A stretch of 56,230 nt of DNA, counting the filler, from Squatina squatina (taxonomy: Eukaryota): the NCBI GenBank assembly GCA_031763465.1. It is 3 parts of 2 records of this genome, joined end to end, with 100 filler letters (N's around TTAATTAATTAA, not from the genome) between each part and the next. Parts side by side here need not be neighbours in the genome. Positions count along the whole stretch, not along the records: positions 42,803 to 56,230 come from JARFOE010000233.1; 2 more parts are not named here. The stretch is one strand, 5' to 3'. The notes below the pieces were generated by a model. It did not search any database. It was given only the letters and a program-made list of their open reading frames with translations, and had not been told where the DNA came from. Of the stretch, positions 48,401 through 56,230 are shown piece by piece (positions within the stretch are counted from its first letter, which is position 1; every line of letters starts with the position of its first letter). The position numbers and the translations under genes are program-made.

Positions 48401-49933
48401 TCCACGATATTTTATTCCCAAATGGGCGTTTGTACATACTTTCCCATTTATTATATTTATATAATACAAATTTTTTTCATAGCTTCCCCCGATCTTGATT
48501 TTATTGTAAACCATTATAAACCACTCTCTATTAATAAGATGAAGTTCTGTTTGGAAAGAGATAGGAGGAGGGTGTTGATTTTATGACTCGAAACCGACTT
48601 TTAAATGAATTCTGCATGGAGATGGGTCGAAAACTAACAAAAGTCGGAAATCCGACCACGTTTTCCTCTCTCTTGATGTTCCAGTGGTTCGAAGTCGGTC
48701 GAAATAGTTCGTACTCCGTTGAGATGTTAATTNNNNNNNNNNNNNNNNNNNNNNNNNNNNNNNNNNNNNNNNNNNNNNNNNNNNNNNNNNNNNNNNNNNN
48801 NNNNNNNNNNNNNNNNNNNNNNNNNNNNNNNNGCAGGTAAGTATACTGCAAGTGTATACATTTACTTAGCAAACATTATCACCATTCAGTAACCAAAGAA
48901 GCAAAGCACTCACAACAATCAAAAAACACTCATTCTCTACTTTTTATCTTACCATTTTACCAGCAAATGCACAAAAATGTTAAAGTACACATGCATACAC
49001 CATGCAAATATGAATATTGAGATCATATGCCCAACGGCAATGTCTATTACTCATTTTTTATTTACTCAAATTTCCATTAGCCACATCTGAATTCTCGATT
49101 AGGCACATGTGTCTAGTGTCAAACGTATTGGACAACGCTATTGTAGAACAGTTCTTAACAATGCAGTTACAAAGTAACTTAGGCAGAGGTCTTGGAATGG
49201 GTTTCCTGACTGTTAACTTGGCTTGGAAAATAGTGTGAGATTCACAAGGGTGCGGGTAGGGCCAAAGGACAAAATTGATTTCCCACAAAATTATGCTTTA
49301 GTTGTTCTTTATAATTCGAGTAGTTTAACAGCTCAGAAGCTGACAGCATAGCTCCACTAAAATCATCGATTGGAGGTTGGAGTAAGATAAACTGTATACC
49401 TTGTCTACCTCCTACTCATTTGACCCCATTCCCACTAAACAGGTGGCCACCCAATTTCCTTTCCTGGTCCCCATGTTAGCTGACATTGTAAATTGTTTGN
49501 NNNNNNNNNNNNNNNNNNNNNNNNNNNNNNNNNNNNNNNNNNNNNNNNNNNNNNNNNNNNNNNNNNNNNNNNNNNNNNNNNNNNNNNNNNNNNNNNNNNC
49601 GGGTCGATGCCAGTGTTGTAACTGTACTGGAACAGCTTGGCTCGAGTTCTGGACAATGAAGGGTCACAGTCTGGGATCCTTGAATTTGCAGAAACTTATT
49701 TATTACCTTTTCCTTTTTATTTATCATGAGATAAATTCTATATATAGTTCAAAAATAGTTTTATCATTTGGATATAAAGCACTCTGCTAAGAAGTGCAAT
49801 TTCGATCTTTAATATTCTTGTCTTTTGAGTCACATCATTTTGTATTTTTGGTGCTTGGGAGAGTTTGAACATTCTTGGCTGGAAATAAAGTGACGTGTTT
49901 TTTCCTTGCTCTTCTCCCAAAGTCTCGCATACA

Positions 49934-50186
49934 ATGATTGAATCAACCCACTTGCGCCAGCGAGGGCCATTGGATTTTGAATCACATTATGAACACCTGT
50001 GTGCTCTACGTGACCTGGTTCCATTAAAAGCGGTGAAGGCAAACTTGAATCAAGGTGTTTTGGATATTAATGGTGATTGGATCAAACTGTCTGAATGGGC
50101 ACCGATTTTCAGCTCCATCAACATTAACAAGCATTTAGTTTTCCTTGCAATTAGAAGTTACTACCAGCCTGGTCTTGGAGAAACAG
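49934..50186 (+). CDS. CEP78: Centrosomal protein 78, first coding exon
   Basis: MIESTHLRQRGPLDFESHYEHLCALRDLVPLKAVKANLNQGVLDINGDWIKLSEWAPIFSSININKHLVFLAIRSYYQPGLGET G|gtaaga. The acceptor cttctcccaaag| at 49922 implies an upstream non-coding exon. Confidence 0.9.
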
Positions 50187-50431
50187 GTAAGAGACTGCAC
50201 CACTCGAGTAGAGGAGAGAAATAATGGTTATGTTCTGTATATAAGTTACAACTTGGTACTTTTTTTCATAGTGATACAGGGTATTTACAGCACAGAAACG
50301 GGCCAATTGGCCCAACAGTTTTAACAAGTGTTTATGCTCCACACAAGCCTCTTCCCATCTTACTTCATCTCACCCTATCAACATATCATGTTATTTGTTT
50401 TTCCCTCATGTACCTATTTAGCTTCTCATTA

Positions 50432-51135
50432 AATGGTGGAGCGGGAGAGTGAACAGCCAGTGTTCGTAGTACATGTCAGTACCAATGACATAGGTGGGGA
50501 AAAAAAAGGATGAGGTCCTGCAAGCTGAATATAAGGAGTTAGGAAATAAATTGAAAAGCAGCACCTCAAAGGTGGTCATCTCAGGATTACTCCCAGTGCC
50601 ACGTACTAGCGAGAGCAGAAATAGGAGTAAAGATCAGATGAATGCGTGGCTGGAGAGATGGCGTCGGAGGAAGGGATTTAGATTCCTGAGGCATTGGGAC
50701 TGGTTCTGGGGAAGGTGGGACCTGGACAAGCTGGACGGTTTACTCCCAGGCAGGACCGGGACTTATATCCTCACAGGGGTGTTTGCTAGTACTGTTGGGG
50801 AGGGTTTAAACTGGAATGGCGGGGGATGGAAACCTGAACAGGGAGACAGAGGAGAGGGAAACAAGGAAAGAAATGAAAGACAGAAAAGTAGAAAGCAAAA
50901 GAGGAAGGTGGGGGAAACCAGGGCCAGAGTACAAAAAAAAGTTAAGTTGTTTAAGAATTTTAAAAAGACAAGCCTAAAGGCATTGTATTTGAATGCACAA
51001 AGTATTTGCAATAAGGTAGATGAATTAGCAGCGCAAATAGATGTAAAAGGGTACGATATAGTTGCGATTATGGAGATATGGCTACAGGGTGACCAAGGGT
51101 GGGAACTGAATATCCAAGGGTGTTCAATATTTAGA
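50432..51135 (+). mobile_element. CR1 ORF1 esterase to ORF2 APE junction fragment
   Basis: KVVISGLLPVP...MNAWLERW..KGFRFLRHWDWF (SGNH-type ORF1), then SLKALYLNAQSICNKVDEL...YDIVAIMEIWL (APE start). Confidence 0.9.
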
Positions 51136-51321
51136 AACATAGCAAATAGGTGCAGGAGTAGGCCATTTGGCCCTTTGAGCCTGCATCGCCATTCAATATG
51201 ATCATGGCTGATCATGCAACTCAGTACCCCGTACCTGCTTTCTGTCCATACCCCCTGATCCCTTTAGCCGTAAGGGCCACATCTAACTCCCTTTTGAATA
51301 TAGCTAATGAACTGGCCTCAA
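51132..51321 (-). mobile_element. CR1 3' tail
   Basis: agaaacatagcaaataggtgcaggagtaggccatttggccc... Confidence 0.85.
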
Positions 51322-51421
51322 NNNNNNNNNNNNNNNNNNNNNNNNNNNNNNNNNNNNNNNNNNNNNNNNNNNNNNNNNNNNNNNNNNNNNNNNNNNNNNN
51401 NNNNNNNNNNNNNNNNNNNNN

Positions 51422-51800
51422 TCAAGAAGTCCAGAATGTCCTGGCCCTCTTCCTTTCAGGGACTCAGACGGTAGGTTCACTCCACGTAAGGTTGGCACTT
51501 TGCAACTTGCTCGGGCGCCGTGTCGCCGAGGCAGCCAACCAGCTGTGCGGGCTGCTCTCTGCAATGAACCCGAGCGGCGATGGGAATGTAACTCGATTTG
51601 AAAGGGTTGTTAATGCTGCTTCGAAAATGGAATGCAACTGTTTTTTAAAAATCCTTCAGAGGAGTGATTTAAACGGTGTATTGCGAATACTGAGCGCCTT
51701 TAGTTTTCACGGGGGTGGCGGGTGGGAGATCCGTATGTGAATACAATACGGGACCGGTGCAGGTGGACAGTTGTGGAGCTTTCACACGATTCTGAATATT
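51422..51800. promoter_or_regulatory. CpG-enriched island, possibly the CEP78 promoter on a misordered contig
   Basis: CpG-rich unique sequence with an X-box-like GTCGCCGAGGCAGC at 51522-51535. Confidence 0.35.
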
Positions 51801-52492
51801 CAGCATAAGACTATTGCTGTGTCCAAGTTTCCAAACGCGATGTCCACGGTATGCTACTAGAACAGATTTGCAGTTGCACCCGAGTGTTTGACTCGATCTT
51901 TATCATCAGAACGTAAAATGCCGATTCAAAGACCCTGCAAAATAAAGATTACGGGTTGTTGGTTGTGAATAGTGAAGTTTGTGTGTCCGAATATCACCCT
52001 ACTTTGAATTGAGTGTTTGGTGTGTATTGATGAATAATATACATGAAAAACCATTACAGTAATTTGCGAAGACGGGGTGGGGGCGGCGGGCGAGAACCAG
52101 TGTGCAAAATCCAGGGTCTCGATTTTTTCTTATTAAGCTTCAGGTGAATCTGGGTAATTAGATATCTCAATTTCATTTCTATACCTTCTAAACGTTCAGA
52201 GTTTGTTTATAATTGCAAACGGGGGAGTTGCTATGCCAGTTAATTACTGACCATATCCCATCAGTATTACCTGCCTGTATTACTACTGCTGAAACTGTAT
52301 AGGGAAACACCAATGTCCTTCTGTTTATGATAATTAAGAAGTTGATGTCAATTTTAGAAAGCTTTACTTGCTTGATTATTTCTAGTGGGTTAGGTTGTAA
52401 GAATTAAAAGTCATATAAATTAGTTTTACTTTTATAACTACTGTAGATAATGTCACCATTTAACATTTTTGCTTTCCCTTTCAAACCTCAAG

Positions 52493-52601
52493 TACAAATG
52501 GCTATCACTAACATCCTCTCGAGATCCTGCTAAACAAAAGCAAAGAAGAAAAACTATAACGCTGGGACATAATTTGAAAGGAAAAGCTACTATTCGTATA
52601 G
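52493..52601 (+). CDS. CEP78: CEP78 internal exon
   Basis: cctcaag|YKWLSLTSSRDPAKQKQRRKTITLGHNLKGKATIRI G|gtaatg resembles recalled human YQWITSPS...KRRTIILGSGHKGKATIRIG. Confidence 0.85.
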
Positions 52602-52884
52602 GTAATGATGCTTGTTTTCTAACTGATGCAAAAATGGAGTATTTTCCCAGATGGATTTTTGTCAGTATTGAATAATAACATATTCGTAATGTAAGTGCGT
52701 TGTTAGATGATTCAATTGTCAAGTCCTAGCTTACAATACCAAGCTAAAACCGCTTCATCATTTGTGTTTCAAGGAATGCTCTTTCATTTTCTTAAACTTT
52801 CAAAAATACAAGCTTTTTTTAATAGAATTGAGAAATTTCAGCACACATAAAGGCCATTTGGTTCATCAGATCTGTACACATGTT

Positions 52885-53159
52885 TGCTTCTCAGTAGAGC
52901 AGTATTTATATGGCTGGTGCAGTTAAGCTTCTGGTCAATGGTTACCTCCAGGGCGTTGATGGTGGGGAATTTGGTTATGGTAATGTCATTGAATGTCAAG
53001 GTTAGACTCTCGCTTGTTGGAGATAGCCATTGCCTGGCACTTTTGTGGCATGAATGTTACTTGCCACTTATCAGCCCAAGCTTGGATGTTGTCCAGGTCT
53101 TGCTGCATGCGGGCATGGACTGCTTCATTATCTGAGGAGTTGCCAATGGCACTGAACAC
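52885..53159 (-). mobile_element. RT fragment of the second LINE family
   Basis: Homologous to 22070-22340 (ttacttgccactta.cagcccaag...tgtccaggtct). Confidence 0.8.
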
Positions 53160-53259
53160 NNNNNNNNNNNNNNNNNNNNNNNNNNNNNNNNNNNNNNNNN
53201 NNNNNNNNNNNNNNNNNNNNNNNNNNNNNNNNNNNNNNNNNNNNNNNNNNNNNNNNNNN

Positions 53260-53402
53260 AAAGTGAATGAAATTTTCTAGTTCAGGGTGAGAGCAGGAAA
53301 CGGCACCAATAGAGTCATCAATGTACTGGGAAAAGAGGTTAAGGAGGGGACCTGAGTGGTACTGGAACAAAGAATGTTCCACATATCTCAAGAAAAGGCA
53401 GG
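53260..53402 (-). mobile_element. Penelope-like element RT fragment
   Basis: YVEHSLFQYHSGPLLNLFSQYIDDSIGAVSCSHPELENFIHF has the PLE-type YIDD context. Confidence 0.75.
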
Positions 53403-54070
53403 CATTTTAATAGCTGTTTTAACATGATAAAAAGGATAAACATGATCCATCATCTTGTTAGCAGTTGCTGATTTGCTTTGAGCTTGTATTCAGTAAAAAG
53501 TTGGCCTTGCTACTAGGAACTGCCAAAATGAAGCAATTTGAGTTAGATATAGCCACCCAGATACAGAGCAAAACTCCCTTTACTTGGTCATATCAATATT
53601 CCTTAATTGTAATCTTGGACGCTAACAGCCAGCAGAGAGAAGTCTCATCAGTTTGGATTGGTTTTGGACTACGGTTCTACGGAGGAATATGTGCTAATCT
53701 ATTACACTGCTCTGTATCATAAGTTGACATTTCTTAAAGTGGAAGCGTAACTTGATTCTTCAAGATTTTCACTTATCAGACTAAGATGAAGTACTGAAAC
53801 AATATTTTTGAAAATTAAAAAGCTTGTATATTGAATTTTCCTACTTTAATCAATTTTACATGACGAGGCTGGGTGATACAGTAGGTAAACAAAGTGTCAT
53901 CCTTTCACTTCGTGAGTTTAAATCCCCCCAGACTGATGAAATAAAATTGGTCTTTCTAAAATATAATTTAGGTCCTTCTTCATTACCACCTGTACTCTAG
54001 TGATGTATTATAAATAATTACTTTCAGTAAGATGAATATTTAGATTGACTTGTCAATTTTTTGAGTGCAG

Positions 54071-54217
54071 GCTGGCAACCCAGTGAAGGTCACATTGGAG
54101 AGTGCATCATCTTCAGAAACTGAAGAGCCTATCTGTACTCCTAAGAGAGTAATGCAGAGGACTGTTGTGGGAGATTCATCTGAAGCAATCACAGTGAAGC
54201 AATTCAAACGCTTAAAG
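54071..54217 (+). CDS. CEP78: CEP78 internal exon (147 nt, absent from the ORF track)
   Basis: gtgcag|AGNPVKVTLESASSSETEEPICTPKRVMQRTVVGDSSEAITVKQFKRLK|gtaaca resembles the recalled human PVTVTVESPSSSEVEE region. Confidence 0.75.
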
Positions 54218-55341
54218 GTAACACTGTATATGATTTAATCATTAATACGTTGAAGAATAAACTTTCCTTACTAGGTTTTTAAAAAAAATATATATTTTTA
54301 TTGAATGTATGGAACATTTACCAAACCAACACCGATATATGTTCTAGAAATATGCAGAGAATTCATTATGCACAAAAAATTGGAACCCAGTTGTTTTTAT
54401 TCTTGTTTAAAAAGCAATTCTGTGGTTCTTAAATGTTAATTTTTATATTCTGTTGTAATAGTTGTGTAAATTAAATCCTCTCAATAGCTCAGCTGCTTTG
54501 TATGCTTGTTTTAAATGTTTTTAATAAAACTACTACGTACCAGAGATTGAAATATTCAAGTTAAATCCTTTCAGCCTATCATTTTGTTAAATAATGTACG
54601 ACACATGCTTGATCATGGAACTCAAGTGGTTACAATACAGCATGAGTCTTTTGGGTACAACTGAGTTGTCCATTCCTCCCTTTTANNNNNNNNNNNNNNN
54701 NNNNNNNNNNNNNNNNNNNNNNNNNNNNNNNNNNNNNNNNNNNNNNNNNNNNNNNNNNNNNNNNNNNNNNNNNNNNNNNNNNNNNTTTATCACTATTCGT
54801 TTCACCAAATGGAACAATCAAGCTGTCTCATTCCTCGGTTCCCTGGGACAGGCGGTCTCAGCGCCCCTCAATCTGCTCAGTTGAATCTTGCTGCCGTCCC
54901 TCTTTGTGGGGCCAGCTCCCTTCACAAAGAAAAAATAACCTGCCAATGTAGGTCAGAGAGGCAAAAAAATTCAGTCGTAGAAATATTCAGGACAAGAAAC
55001 TGAACCACAGCCTTCATCCTAAGCGATTGCGTGATTGGGATCTGCCATCTTTCACACCTTGGGTGTGACATTTTACATCCCCATCTGTTTTCAGGTGTAG
55101 GCGGAAACATATTGAACGTTTTTAAAGTAGTTGAGGTTGTTATTTAATTATGGCACGTGTCCCTGCACGCTGACAGAGTCCCACAGCGAGAGGCTGTGCA
55201 ATGAGCCAAGTTGCAGCCACCGTCCTCCTGTCCGAATTCTCGGGCTGCAACGCACAGGCCTGATTGTCAGTCAATTCAAAACAGATTCTTACAATGTGCC
55301 CTGGGAGACCCACAGACAAATTAACATTTCGCTGGAGTACA

Positions 55342-55470
55342 GGAGCACAGTGGTAATGTTACTGGACCAGTAATCCAGAGGCCTGGACTAATGATCTGTG
55401 AGACATGAGTTCAAATCTCACCACGGCAGCCGGGGAATTTAAATTCAGTTAAATAAATCTGGAATAAAAA
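55342..55470 (+). mobile_element. tRNA-derived SINE head
   Basis: A-box-like gcacagtggtaatg and B-box gagttcaaatc, followed by a SINE body truncated at the gap. Confidence 0.65.
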
Positions 55471-55888
55471 NNNNNNNNNNNNNNNNNNNNNNNNNNNNNN
55501 NNNNNNNNNNNNNNNNNNNNNNNNNNNNNNNNNNNNNNNNNNNNNNNNNNNNNNNNNNNNNNNNNNNNNNGTTGCAAAAGGGGCCAATAATTTAAAAAAT
55601 ATATAATTTTTTTTTATCTGCCAAGAGTTTGGGTTCAAGGCCTCAATCATGATTTAAGATGGGTTCCGCAATCAGCACGTCCTTCATCCACAAGACATCT
55701 GAAAGGCCTGGGATACTGCCCAGCTCTACCTTCCCATCGTCGATGGCTTTGTTTTGAGTGGAGGCTCCATTCCCACAAAGACTATTGCAAACTCCTGTGC
55801 TAGGTTTGGACCGTGCATATCTGTTTGCAACTCTCCCACGACACCTCCACTGGAATTATGGCCGGTGTTCGCTGGAAGGGAGAATTTT

Positions 55889-55926
55889 TGGCCTCTAGTT
55901 TTTCAGTGGCCTCTAGTTTTTCAGTG
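55889..55926. repeat. 18-bp perfect tandem duplication (tggcctctagtttttcag)x2
   Basis: Read directly from the sequence. Confidence 0.9.
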
Positions 55927-56230
55927 TGATTTAAAAAAAAAAAAAAATTGTCCATGATATTTGGGAAGCATTCATGGCAATGTAGGAATTATATTCAACT
56001 TTAGCTATTTTAATTCAACTAGATTTACTTCCTTAATTAATTCGGGATGGTTTTTCTCCTCAAGAGGCAATTTAAAAATGTAAATACTGAAAACAAAGAT
56101 TAGCATAGCTTCCATTTGTATCCTTTCCGAATGACTTGCATTAAAATCATGTGAACTGCCAAATTTAATTAAATATTGTAGTAGAAATGAGAGGCTTGCT
56201 TGCAAAAGAAGGAGTTCCCAGATTTTAATC

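Noticed and set aside
55342-55420. Functional tRNA gene
   Set aside because: A/B-box-like motifs are present but there is no cloverleaf, and the sequence continues into a SINE body.

Overview
Eukaryotic genomic DNA, very likely a shark or other cartilaginous fish. The evidence is vertebrate exons plus abundant HER1-type CR1 LINEs, Deu-domain and tRNA-type SINEs, and L2, Penelope and Harbinger relics. The assembly is fragmented (many 100-N gaps). Two synthetic N44-TTAATTAATTAA-N44 spacers split the window into three independent scaffolds. Scaffold 1 (1-17248) holds a large (>415 codon) minus-strand exon of an unidentified gene, weaker candidate exons and a degenerate Penelope-type hammerhead motif. 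Scaffold 2 (17349-42702) holds nested LINEs, a 1.5 kb purine tract and a 67-bp satellite. It then carries partial OTUD7B, CHTOP (with a candidate poison acceptor and a degenerate duplicate of the exon-3 block), an unidentified minus-strand terminal exon and a SMAD4-family exon that looks like the SMAD10/SMAD4beta paralogue. Scaffold 3 (42803-56230) holds GNAQ exon 1 head-to-head with three CEP78 exons. I see no prokaryotic systems. Gene calls come from recalled vertebrate protein sequences and splice geometry, not database searches, and repeat boundaries are approximate.
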